From positions 1,612,001 through 1,676,000 of the forward strand of contig BQFW01000007.1 of NCBI GenBank assembly GCA_020891255.1: a stretch of DNA of 64,000 nucleotides, given 5' to 3'. A model generated the notes under the pieces. The model saw nothing but the letters and a program-made list of their open reading frames with translations, was not told where the DNA came from and did not search any database. How positions within the stretch are numbered: the stretch's first letter is position 1; each line of letters begins with the position of its first letter. The position numbers and the translations under genes are program-made. Below, piece after piece: positions 1 through 11,805 of the stretch. The DNA is from Entomortierella parvispora E1425. Lineage: Eukaryota; Fungi; Mortierellomycota.

Positions 1-3000
1 TTTTCGTCTTGTTTCTCAACCTGGGTTTCCATAGCCTTGTCGTGAAGAGCATGAGCATGAGCAATCTCCGTCGTTTCATCCATCTCCTTGACAGTCTCGG
101 CATCGTTCATGGACTCGGAATCAGTGTCCCTCTGCCTCTGTTTGACAGAATAGTCCTCGATCAGCTGGTAGAACGCGTTTTTGGCATCCATCAGTTCTTG
201 GTATTGTCCAGTCTCTGTGATCACACCGTCCTTGATAACAACGATCTGATCCGCTTCGTGCAGATGATGGATTCCATGGGTGACCAAAAGACGCGTCTTT
301 GAGTTCAACAATCCCTCGGGTCCGATCAAATGCTTCCACAAATGCTGATCCACATGCGCGTCTACTGCACTCAGAGGGTCGTCCAGCAGGTAAATATCGG
401 CATCCTGGTAAGCCGCGCGCGCTAATGAAACACGTTGCTTTTGGCCGCCAGACAGGTTGATTCCACGCTCTCCAATCTCCGTAAGGTCGGCCGCAGGGAG
501 CATCTCAAAATCAGGAGTCAATCCAGCAGCGAAAACGATCCGATCATAACGCTCTTGGTCAAAAGTACATCCAAATACAACGTTGTCTTTCAACGTGGCG
601 TTGATGATCCAGGGCTGCTGGGGGGCATAGGCGATCCTGCCATTGATCTTGACAGTTCCTCGTCGCTTGTACATGTCGCCAATCATGGCATTGAACAAAC
701 TTGTCTTTCCTTGTCCGACTCTGCCAACGACGGCCGTCAAATAACCACAGTGGACTGAAAGATTGATATCCTTGAGAGTAGGTTCGTAGTTGCGTTCGAT
801 GGGTGTTCCGGGAGTGGGTGCGGGGAGCCCAGCTTCCAGAGCCTCCTTCGCCTCTTGCTTGGCCTTTTTCGCTTCCTTCTTTTCCCGTGCCTTGATTTGT
901 TTCTCGGTCTCGACCTCTGGTCCTTCTTTATCCCAGGCAAAGACTCCATCCTTGACCTCAATTACTGGAAGCGAAAGATCGTTAGGCAGCTCGTCAATGT
1001 GCTCAATGCTGCCCTCCGACAATTCCTCCGCCAAGAGGTACTTCTGGATACGACGAGTCGCAACAATCAATCCCATGGTCTCTCCAGTGGTGAACGACAG
1101 CATGCCGATAGGTCGGTTCAGGAGTCCAAAGAGGGTGATACTGACAAAGATTGTCTGAGAGTTGATCACACCATCGCTAACGGATGCGAAGATACTGAAC
1201 GAGACCAGGGCCATCAGCAACGTCAAGGAACTAAACATGATGGTCATGAATGAGAACGCGACTCCAATCTTGCGCAAGATAGCCAGCTCTCTGTTACGGA
1301 AAACAGCTACTTTGGCACGGAAAGAAGACTCCCTATTAAAAAAAAAGGATCAAAATTAATAACAATCCTTTGATGTCATAAACAATCTTCTCAATCTTCT
1401 TTCTTTGTCTTTGTCGTGAACTGAAGAAACTTACCATCCATAGAGCTTGACGATTTTGATTCCAGAAAAGACTTCATTCAGCAAACGGATACGGTTGTCC
1501 ATGGCAGCCAACTTTTCGTCCTTGGCCCGAGCAAAGAAGGATGCGATCCAAGCTTGGACTGGGGACACCACTACAACCGTTCCTGCTCCAGCGATCGCGG
1601 CCCATCCAAGTTGTTGGTATAGCAGCCAAAGGGCGATGCAAATTTCAAAAGGAATTGAGAGCCACATGGGCAAAAGTGGCAACGCTTCAGACCAACGTTC
1701 GGCGTCAACACTCATATGATTTTGAATATCACCCGGAGACTGCTCATTCCTGGCAGCAGGACTCAAACGAAGGGCTTTCCGGTAGATCATTGAGATCAAA
1801 GCTGTCCGAGCCTCAATACCCATGTTCATAATCAACTGGTTGAATTGTCCCTCAAGGAGTGCACTGGCGATGGTCGAGAAAAACATGCCGAACGACAAGA
1901 TGATCCCAAGCACAACTGGCATGGGTGCGTCGGTGCTGTATGATCCAGTAAAACTCAGAAGTTGATTCATCAACACTGGGGCGACAAATGACAAAATCGA
2001 AGCTAGGACGCGGTAAACCAAAATAGGAATCCATTGCACTCCATATGCCTTCAACACCAAAAGTATCAATCTTGGCTCCTTGCCCTGATTTCGCCGCTTT
2101 AGAACATGCTGATCCCATTGATTCGCCAGAAGTGAGTACGAGAATTGAGTCTTGATCCGTTGTGGCATCATGTCTGCAACATCCGATCCTTGCAATGGCT
2201 TTTTGTATCCGGCCGAGATGATATGCTGAAGGTAAAAAAACCAGTAGCGCGAGAACAGGTTCGCCTTCTCATAGGGGCTGGCAGAGCTTTGCTGTTGAAC
2301 CTTGGTGCTTCCACGAGGCCAAGACTCCGCGGTAAAGCCAAAGATGATAAGAGCGAAATAGGTGTAGTACAAGACGGCGTCGGTTCCTGTTGAGTCTGGC
2401 AGTTCGCTGATGGTTCTGATGGTAATGGCGCTCACGACGACGGACACAAAGTAGAACGAAAAGATGGGGGTCGAAGAACGGATCTCGTATTTGTGCTCAA
2501 AATAGTTCAATAGCACGGCAGTTAGCTATTAGAAGGCATGCAAACAGTTAGCTAAAAAGAGCAACAGATGGTATGTTCAAAAAGATCCAGTTATCGTCAT
2601 CTTACCCATGCCATGGCAACGGAGGCACTGGCAAGGACGCTGGCAGGTGAGTGGTTAGCCTCTTGGCCGATGAGGCCAGCTCGTACGAGGAGAACAATGG
2701 CGGCTGCTGCCATAAAGAATTGACAGGGCCAATAGATCAAATTCGTTCTTCCAAGACCATGGGCCTGCCTGGTCCTCAACAGGGTATACATCCGATGGAT
2801 AAAGGCCAGGATGGCCAGCAGTGCTGGCAATGTTGATAGGATGGTGGACTCAAAACATAAGGTCAGGTCGGTTCGATGGTCACTTGTTGGACCCTATCAA
2901 AGGAAAATGGAAATGGGAAGGGGAGGTGAGCCGGGAAACTGCGTAGTTGAATTAAACTGTCTGGAGGGCTGAACGAATCGACTTACCCATCCCTCTGAAT

Positions 3001-3022
3001 CTCTGCAGTAGGATGTACTCAT
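1..3022 (-). CDS. ABCC/MRP (Ycf1-like) ABC transporter, 5' part (TMD0-TMD1-NBD1); continues past the left edge
   Basis: Exons 3022-2987 (MSTSYCRDSEGW), 2893-2606 (GPTSDHRTDLTLCFES...), 2525-1435 (...KIVKLYGW) and 1332-<1, joined at GT-AG sites. The last exon holds Walker A GQVGQGKTS, signature LSGGQKQRVSLARA and Walker B LLDDPLSAVD. Confidence 0.95.
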
Positions 3023-3809
3023 GTCGCCTGTATTCCGACCAGGATAGGCGAGTGTGGATGATGATGAGAAAAGAGAAAGAAACGGAAGGGGAACAAAGGA
3101 GGGCAAATCAAATCCCGTTGTCTTTATACTTTTCGGAAAGTGCTTGAGAATCCAGGGTTCTGCTTTAGCAGAGACCTGTTGTCATTCGCAGCAGTCTCGT
3201 TGAAAAAAGACATGGAAGAGAAGTGGCGCGGGGAAACCATGTTTGCCCTCACCGCTGTGTACTTGTTGTCGCCTTGAATAGTGCCCATTGCCGCTTTCGC
3301 ATCAAGGTTTACGTCCATGCTCAAGATGTGTTGCCGATAGATCGTCGATCCTATTCCATTTGGCGGTCGCCGATTCTTCCTCCACTTCTCCGATGGTTCT
3401 TCTGGCGACTCAAGACAAAAGAGGCCATGTATGTCTGCGATCGACTTCCAAAGTCCTGGCTGTTCCAGATAGACGACCCCAAAAGTCAATGATGATGGCC
3501 CAAGCTTGTGCTGCGGGCCGATGCTCACTGTGTTTAAATTTTGCTCCATGAAACTAAGTCCGAGATCGTGACCATAGATGGTCACGATCCTGCTTGGACG
3601 GGTCTCACCCGAGAACGTCCAATCCCTGATTCGCCACAAAAGGGCGAGATTCATTGAAAAACGTCGCCAACATCTCAAAGTTTACCAACCCAGGCTGGCA
3701 TCCTGATCTGACCTCCTCACTAGGCTCACAAGACTCTCCGAGTGTCCGAGATAGGAAAAAAAAATGAAAAAGTTGTATTAAAATGCCCTGAAGTTTCACA
3801 AGGACGCGA

Positions 3810-4912
3810 TCATTTCTCGATGAGACCAAGAGGCATGTCCTTGAGGAGTTTTCTGTTCCTGAGAACATCCTGTTTTCTCTCTAGTTCCACAGCCCATAAC
3901 GCCGCCCTAGGATCGACAAAAGAAGTAAAAAATCAGTCAGACCAACGCGTTATTTTTTGCAGTCCCTGATACCAGGAAACACATTGTCCACCTACCCAAT
4001 TGAGTTTGTAAAGCCAAAGAGGATACCAAAGATCGGCACTAGCTCCAGAGCTTGCGACACGAACCCGAAAGCCAGATATTGGGCCTCCTGTCTCTTGATC
4101 CAATCCTCCCGCTCCTTCTCTGTCATCTCTTTCTTGTCAAAATAGTACCGGTGGATATCTGGCATCCTCGCTTTGCCGTTGATGTAACAAAACGTAACCT
4201 GTCCTGCCACAGGTAGCAAATTAAGAGGCAAGGTCAAGCACCAGAGTAGGATCCGTTCCCCTACCTGGAACGACGCTGCTTTGACAAGGTCGCGTTTCCG
4301 GCGCCTGGCTTCTTCTCGTGAGACCATAGCTTCTGTCGAAACGACCTGGATATGGGATTCACCTGTGACGAGGAGCTTGCTGTCGTTGCTCTCAGAGTCC
4401 CTATAGTCGATCTGCTTCAGCACTGCACCGTTGCTTGTTTGGATTGTGCGACTTAAGGTGGCAAGAGGTCCGATCTGGAGTTGATTCAAAGCCAGGACCT
4501 TTTTGAAGAGACCCTTGGACTTTTCCTTCTTGAAGACCTCGCCCATGACCAAGGCCACGAGGACCGAGGTCTCACCCATGGTAAGGATCAGGGCAGACCA
4601 GGTGGGGATGCTGAATCCAAGAAGAGTCAGCTCGCGTGTCGTCGGATAGAGGAAGGAGGTAGCGGTGTAGACAATCTTGACAAAGCAGAGGATCAACCTC
4701 CGCTGGTACTTGAAGGTGAGGGCAGCAAGGGGGAGGAGGATCAGCAAGGTGACAAGGAAGGCCGAGAGGAGTGAGCGGATGAACTGGGGACCCAGCTGGC
4801 GTATGTGCTGGACCAGGTAGACGATGCCGAGCAGCGGGTATGCACCTCCAAAGACGTGTCCATGGGGCAGCTTGGGCTGAGGTTGTGACAGAGGAGGAAT
4901 GGGCACGGTCAT
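3810..4912 (-). CDS. EI24-domain membrane protein (Rrt8/Lds-like)
   Basis: Start MTVPIPPLSQ at 4912, with several hydrophobic segments. The C-terminal AFGFVSQALELVPIFGILFGFTNSIG is spliced (intron ~3908-3995) to AALWAVELERK...IEK*, which completes the family's GAALWA motif. Confidence 0.8.
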
Positions 4913-5190
4913 ATGGAGTGGGCAAGCCAAGCAGAAGGATGGATGGATGGATGGATGGACCAATGCAACAGCAACAGATTTCAACAGATTTCAACAGGTT
5001 AGATCAGATGAGAAAAGACCCAAAGAGGGGACCGCCAGCTGCGCCCATCGGAGAGCGCGTGTCTTTTTCCCTTCTTTGTGCTCAGTGACTTTCCGGGCTT
5101 CGCTTGATGTTTCGAGCCGAAGATCGGATGCAGGGACAGGGGCAATGAAGCGCCTCTTCCTCACCTCATTCCACCTCCACCCCTATTCTG

Positions 5191-5959
5191 ATGACCCTTC
5201 TCGACAAGATCCTCTGCCGACCCTGCATCTTCTGCGGCATCGTCGACGGCACTGTCCGTGGCACCCTCATCTACAAGGCATGCTTCATGTCCTTTTTGAA
5301 TGGATGCATTCGCGACATTGAACCGAGACAGAGAACATCGCGTCCAGCAGAATGAGAGCGACCCTTTCTATATCCGCTCTAACCTGTGTTTTCTCTCTTA
5401 TTCTCTTTCTCTCTCTTGACTCTCCATCACAGGATGAACATACTGCGGCCTTTAACGACATCAATCCGGCTGCAGAAACCCATATATTGATCGTCCCAGT
5501 AGCGCACATTGACAGTGTCAAGTCCCTGACAGTCGAGCACCTGGATCTGCTGCAGCGCATGCGCAAGAAGGCGGAAGAGCTGCTGACATCACACGGCCAC
5601 GACCCAGCGGCCTCAAAGTAAGCCTCTTGCCTTCTATCTATCCTATCTATCTATCTCTCTTCTGGCGCAAAATGAAAGAATGCTTCCTCCCCTGTAGGCC
5701 CGGGCTGAGATTTGGGGTATATTGTTCTTTGACCTTTTCTTTTCCTTCTTGCTCTCATTGAAACGGATATAGACTTGGATTCCATGTGCCGCCGTTCAAC
5801 ACTGTCGATCATCTTCATTTGCACGTCTTGGGCGGTGAACTAAAGTCCAAGTTTAGAAAACTGAAGTACGAGACGGGAAGGATGTGGTACCTGGATCTAT
5901 TTCAAATCCAGGCCGACCTTGAAAAGAAACACCGGCTGCATGGAGGCGCACGTCTCTAG
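5191..5959 (+). CDS. HIT family hydrolase, HINT3-like
   Basis: Three exons: 5191-5277 (MTLLDKILCRPCIFCGIVDG...IYK), 5433-5617 (AFNDINPAAETHILIVP..HI) and 5773-5959 (LGFHVPPFNTVDHLHLHVLG). The histidine triad HLHLH is present. Confidence 0.9.
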
Positions 5960-6246
5960 AGCAGAGCAGTCTTTTTGAGAAACAGATCGTCGTGCCTCGT
6001 GGTATATACGCATAGATAGCATTGCCAGCCTAAGGAGAATGAGAATATCACAGAGATCAGTCAAAGCACCCTTGAGTGGAATAAAAAAAGTAAAACAACA
6101 GATCGAGATGAATCGTTTTCGCGATCTTCCGTTTGTTGGAATGACTATCCAAGGGTTAGGCATTGGGCTTCTAGAACTGGATGAGGAAAGACCGTCGATA
6201 GCCTTTTTGAGTCTGACATGGTCATCGGCCCCTCCATCTCGAAACG

Positions 6247-6300
6247 AAGGGAGGAAACACTCAAAATAAAAGGGAGGAAACACTCAAAATAAAAGGGAGG
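6247..6300. repeat. 23-bp tandem duplication (about 2.3 copies of AAGGGAGGAAACACTCAAAATAA)
   Basis: Two perfect copies at 6247-6292 plus a partial third copy, read directly. Confidence 0.9.
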
Positions 6301-7150
6301 CAACAGCACTATAGAAATGAGGTGCCTCAAGGTGAATGCTGCTGCAGGGTGGCCATTGTTCATCCAGCAGATAAAGAGAGGGGGCCAGGTCAAGGGCAAA
6401 GGATCAATGATTTGGTTGCATGGGCTGCCACAGGGGTCAGAGTGGTAAATGGTGGTGAGAGCGTCGACTCCGGGCTTGGTTCAAGTCAGGAGAGCGACGA
6501 ATAGAAAGGAACCGCGGTCTGGCGTCCTCTACGCCTGGGTCAAACTGGTCTTTGGCGTTGAATGCTTGGCTGGGCGAAAGAACAATGCATCCCAAGCACG
6601 ATATTTTTAGCGAGGTCCAGCTGGGGGTCATGCTCAGGCCGTCATTGACCATTCCGTTGGGAGGACAGGGCAAAAAGAAGGCTAACTGAAGGTTTGGCCC
6701 ACAACGTCCGTCCAGCGCAGAGGGACACAGACCAATCTCCGCTGTCAAAATGTCTTTTTAATTGCTTCTTTCACCTTTCTTTTCCCCTTCCTTCCTTCTT
6801 TCCTTCCCTCCGTTCTTTTTGGGCGCCCTCCTCTCTTTCCTTCTTTCCTCTTCATCCTCCTCCCCCTTCCTGCTATTCCTCCTATTCTTCCAAGCTCTCC
6901 TCCTCTCTTCCTCCTATTCACCCTCCTCATCTCCTACGATTCACTTTTTTCGCCGAGATCCTCTTCCTTGTTTAACACGCACAAGTTCGTTCTCCTCCTT
7001 TCCCAGTTCCATTGTTCACACCAGAGTCAACCTGCTAGACTCTTGTCTTCCTTTTCCCCTCGTTGCGTTACCTGGCAAGAGCAACGGATACAGATACACG
7101 CCAGCAACAAACAAACAACAAGCAAAGGCGAAAAGGCATATTCATACTTG

Positions 7151-7378
7151 ATGAAGAACGACTCCTCGGGATCTCGGCCGAGAAGGGGACTCCAGTCCAG
7201 GTCCCTGGCTGCTTTGGTCGTCATCATCATCACCTCCGGCTGGATCCTTCTGAGTAATATGGACTTGCTTCAGCACCAGTTCAGTCGCCTTTCCGAGCCT
7301 TCTTTGAACTCTCCTGCAGCCTCTGTCTCCTCTCCCTCCTTGAAAGAAACACCGCGACCACTCCAGCAACAACAGGAA

Positions 7379-7414
<36 letters not shown>

Positions 7415-8905
7415 CATGAGCAACAGGAGCACACACACGAGAGTCAAGAAGACGCTGAGACCACAAATCTGACACCTCCTCCGTCCTTGGCCACCGTCTT
7501 GGACCCAAACGCCGCTTATTTGACTTATTTACCCTTTGCGGGACTCACGAATCAATTCATTGGCGTTGAGAGCGCCGCATATGCAGCCAAGAGACTTAAC
7601 CGAACCTTGATCCTCCCACCCATTATCTCCAACACTCACGACCACGACAACACCCATCAGTCTTGGTCCCACTTCTTTGACCTGGCCCGCTTCACGGACA
7701 TCACGGGTGTCCCCGTCATCGAATGGGATGAGGTTCGACCCATGACAAAGCAGCAATTCAATGTGGGACTGCAACAGACCGTCCATGGCCTCGCCAATGG
7801 CTACGCCACGGAAGACGAAACCTGGGGCAAAGTCGCCGAGAATTTGACCATGGTGATCGTGAATGGCTATGGCGGCTGGGACGTTGACGTCAATATCTCG
7901 GGCTGGACCTTTGCCTGGCACTTTCTGTTCCGACCCATCTTTGAGAAACCACTCGAGAAGAACCCCGACGCCCCCTTGTTTGAACGACCCATCCCCAACG
8001 ATCCGCGCGAGGGGGATTTAGCAGTGATGGAAGATCTGCTCTATCGATACAAAGACTGGAAACCAACTGGCAAAAACCTCAATCTGCTGACGTTGTCAAA
8101 CTCCTTTAAATTGCGGGATTCAGGGTTTGGAAACCGGATCTGGAAAGAGATTGGCCTGAATCTGCACTTCTTGCCAAAGGTGATGGAGTACAGTACTCAG
8201 AAGATCAATGACGAGGTCCGGGCTGACAAGGGAGTCGAGGTCTTGGAAAATGACAACCCAGAGGAGAACGAGTCCCAACAGGAAGGACCCACGCCCAAGG
8301 ACGTTTCGGAAAAGTACAATCAGATTGAGACGCCCACGATCCGGATCCCCTATATCGCCGTTCATTTGAGACGAGGCGACATCTGGAGAAAGTGCTCAGA
8401 GAAGGATATGGAGAGATGTGTGATCCCCATTGGACTCTACGTCGACGCCGTTAATGAGGCCCACACCCTGGCCGCGACACAGCTGGGCTATGGAGAGGAC
8501 AAGGACAACACGACGGGTCTCCAGCATCGCCTGCCCGTGGTCGTCACAACAGACACGACGGACGAGGCCGATTTAGCGGTCATCAAGGCCAATGGATGGC
8601 ATCGAATCGACCATTCTCGATACAATACCCTTGAAATCTTTGGCACGTTTGGTCCAGCGTTGGTGGATGCCGCCATTCTGGCTCACGCTGACGTCTTTGT
8701 CGGGAGCAAGGCGAGCACAATGTCGAGAATCGCGACCATGCGCCAGAAGGATTGGTACCATCACGACTCTCTCTATCCACAGGCTGTTGAAAAGAAACGG
8801 GAGACCCTTGCAGTGGCGCCCACCGGAAAAGATGGAAGCCGCTCCTTACACTCACGGAAGCGCAATTTGCAAGGACCCAAGAGGCTGCCTGATGGACTGC
8901 ACTAG
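7151..8905 (+). CDS. GDP-fucose O-fucosyltransferase family protein (O-FucT), type II membrane protein with a polyQ stem
   Basis: Single long ORF. An N-terminal TM (LAALVVIIITSGWILL) is followed by a (CAG)n polyQ tract. Motifs: YLPFAGLTNQ...AKRLNRTLILPP, YIAVHLRRGD and VDAAILAHADVFVGSKASTMS. Confidence 0.85.
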
Positions 8906-9167
8906 ACAAACGGGCACTAACGGCATCACGACACATTTACACAACCACCCCCCTCACTTGCATCAACTTGTACATAGTTATAGCTCTCAGCTCTAAATAC
9001 CATATCTCTGCTCATCTCTTTTTTTTTTTTTTTGGTGGAGATACCAACCAAATGGAGCAGGGTGGTGACGAAATGCTTTTTTCAAAGCTTTTTTTATATA
9101 TTTCTGAAAAGAGCAAGAGAACGGGAGGAGAGAGGACGGCAATGGCCCAGGCAAACATAGTCTATAT

Positions 9168-9419
9168 CTATTGAGCAGCATGACGGGGGGGGCCAAGACC
9201 CGGCACTCCCTTAATATGACCAACCAGTTTGATCGAGTGCACCTCCTCGCCGTCGGGACCTCGGGTCACTTGCTGGGTTGGAAGCTGAACATTGTTTTGA
9301 CCCGTGGTGGTGGACTGAGCGCCGGCTGTCGTGGCAAAGGATGTGCCCTGGGAGTTCTGAGTGGGCGTTGGGTCGGTGGAAGCGGGCGCATGATGGGAGG
9401 ATGTTGGCTGGGAAGACAT
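9168..9419 (-). CDS. Small 83-aa hypothetical protein (S/T/Q-rich N-terminus)
   Basis: ATG in a strong context (ACCACC-ATG-T) with GC3-rich codons, lying between two AT-rich spacers. No recognisable domain. Confidence 0.55.
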   Translation of the reverse strand: MSSQPTSSHHAPASTDPTPTQNSQGTSFATTAGAQSTTTGQNNVQLPTQQVTRGPDGEEVHSIKLVGHIKGVPGLGPPRHAAQ

Positions 9420-9504
9420 GGTGGTTGTTGATATTCAAGTGCTGTGAAGGGGGGTTGCGTGAGAAGAAAAGGAAAAATCGAGCGAGAAAGAAAAAAAGGC
9501 AGAA

Positions 9505-9569
9505 CTAGTCTCGCCCTCTCTCCTCGCTACGTGACCTTTGGCGAGGAGAGAGGGCTGGGTCGAGACTAG
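9505..9569. other. Long inverted repeat / stem-loop
   Basis: CTAGTCTCG pairs with CGAGACTAG (9 bp) and CCCTCTCTCCTCGC pairs with GCGAGGAGAGAGGG (14 bp), with a 13-nt loop and a 6-nt bulge. Confidence 0.85.
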
Positions 9570-9798
9570 GCAGAACAAGGGTCATGGTGCACCCTTAACA
9601 ACCATCATTACGCCAAAAAAGTTTGGTCTCGTGGGCTTGGATTACCAAAGAGTTTTGTCCAAACCCGAGCAGTCGCGTCTCGGAGCGATCCACCAAAACC
9701 ACGAAGGTGCGCATTTCTGTAATGTACATGGTTTTATTTCGGACGGCTCTGGCAAGAGTTGGTGACGAATGGCAATAAAAAAATAAAAAGAACAGGCC

Positions 9799-11231
9799 CT
9801 AGTAACCCCATCTCTGGGTATCCTCTTTAAATTCGTCATCCAGCTTGATCTGCAATCCTCCAAGTTTATCCTGCATGATAGTCATAGCCCTCAAAACAAC
9901 ATCCTCAGGCTTCATGCATCCAGAGGTCTAAAAAAAAGTAAAAAAGTATCAGTCTATGAAGGATCATCTTCATGACCATTGATTTGTGATACAAGAATAG
10001 CCATAGTCCTCTTACCTCGAGCTCGATGTAAAACTTTTCTGGCTTGGCATTGTAATCGAAAGGCTCGTTGGGATCCACAGGGGTCTCTTCTGCAGCGTTG
10101 GCGGACACTCCCCACTCCAGCTTCTCATCTTCCTCAATCCAGTAGTGCGAATGTCTCAATTTGTTGTAGGGGTCGTACTCGAATGCAACACCGTACACAG
10201 GACTCCATTTAGCATGCTCCTTGGCCACGCCCTTCTTGGCAACACACTTGAGCTTCAACTCCTGACCGGGTCTCATCTTCACAATCAAAATTGGGTGCAG
10301 TTTGTCTATAGTCATCAAAACGAAGGATCATTGTTAGCAAAGGATCCATGTTCTAATAAAACAACAATACTCGCACACCTACCATCTGATACAGGTCTGA
10401 CGCTGTCATCCACACTGATGAGATCCATGCTGGTAACCTGTCTCGTCTTATCCACATTGGGGTCGTTCATCTCTTCATAGTCGACTGTGACTTTGACGTG
10501 CAAGTGAAGTTCCACTGAGCAATTAGGGCAGTAGTGTGAGCAAGTACAGTCCTATGAATTACAAAAGAAAAGAAAAAGAAGTACAATATCATCATTAACA
10601 ACATTCAATAGATCAACCCATTTCTCTTCAGGGAGAACATGTTGCGTGAGGTTTTGAAAACAAAACACTGAAAATAGAAAAGAACAACATACACGCGTGT
10701 ATTGGATTCGATCCACGTCAAAACTCGTCAAGGGAATCATGCCAAGGCGATGGGCAATAAACTCGTCAGTCAGCACGGTCGAGTTGGTCTCGATCTCGAC
10801 CATGTCAATGGCTATCAGGATAAGAGAATCATGCAGTCATTAGAGATCAGATAGCATTCTCCTAGTTGATCATCTTTTCTTCCTTCACGGGCTTGGGTTC
10901 AGGGACAAAGGGTGTAGTATTTCAATCTTACCCATTGTTGGAACCTCGGCAATCATGATTCTTCTCAAGGCATTAGCCACACTATGTTTCCATCAGGGAA
11001 AGAAACGCCATGAGGAGACCCAGAGAGTGTGAGTTGAAAAGAGTCCTTTCAAACAAAAAAGAAGACAACATCAAGCGTCCATCGTCCAGTGGCCATCTGT
11101 TGTTGGTCCATCCTGCTCTGATTGAATTCCATGCGTTTTTGTTACCTCAGATCAGTGTTGGTCAGGACAAACTTCATGCTGTCCTTCTTGAGGGATCTGA
11201 TGGAGACCTCAGGTCCGCCATTGTTGTACAT
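9799..11231 (-). CDS. RPB3: RNA polymerase II subunit RPB3
   Basis: Spliced segments: [25 protein letters not shown] / [16 protein letters not shown] / [28 protein letters not shown] / [12 protein letters not shown] / [34 protein letters not shown] / [11 protein letters not shown]...WGY*. Confidence 0.97.
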
Positions 11232-11805
11232 ATCCATTCTTTTATAGAGTCGTTGGTGAGAGGGGCGTTGCGAAGTGCAAGAAGAGAGGGTTTCCTGATG
11301 AGCGAGAAGAGGAACAAAGGGGAAACAAAGAATTCCGCTCCTTCATGCCTCAAGCGCAGCATTTTAGTCGAATGCAAGAGATTGGAGGCAGAAAACGAGT
11401 CCGTGTCGGGATTAAGGGTCTATTCTGCGGCGGGTGGCTTAGATACCTTCCCTAATTTTTAATTTCAACTCAAATAAATTATTTTGAATATTTTTAAGTT
11501 TTCCTTTTAAAATTCTAATGGAGAGTTTTTTTTTGTCCCCCATTGCATTGCGCCATGGCCAAATTTTTTTTTTTTGTACAATTTTTTTTTTGTCGGCTAT
11601 TTTGAAGAATAGGGAAACGACTCTTCCGAAAGTAGAATAAAAAGAGCACAGATATAGATAGATATGATACATTTTGGTGAACAAAAGAAAGAAAGGAAAA
11701 AAGTGTGGGGACAGCTATGGTACAAGAAAAAGAACTGAAATGCAAGTGGAAATAAAAAGAAGAGGGAAACAAATGAACAAAGAAAAAAAGAAGCCAACAG
11801 CTTCA

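Noticed and set aside
3124-3678. 184-aa minus-strand ORF between ABCC#1 and the EI24 gene
   Set aside because: It starts at a non-ATG codon, and I found no recognisable motif in any frame. It may be chance or a relic, so it cannot be supported as a gene.
5960-6760. Several 60-130-aa ORFs suggesting a transposon or Fanzor-like relic
   Set aside because: No RuvC, DDE or RT motifs, no terminal repeats, and stops in all frames.
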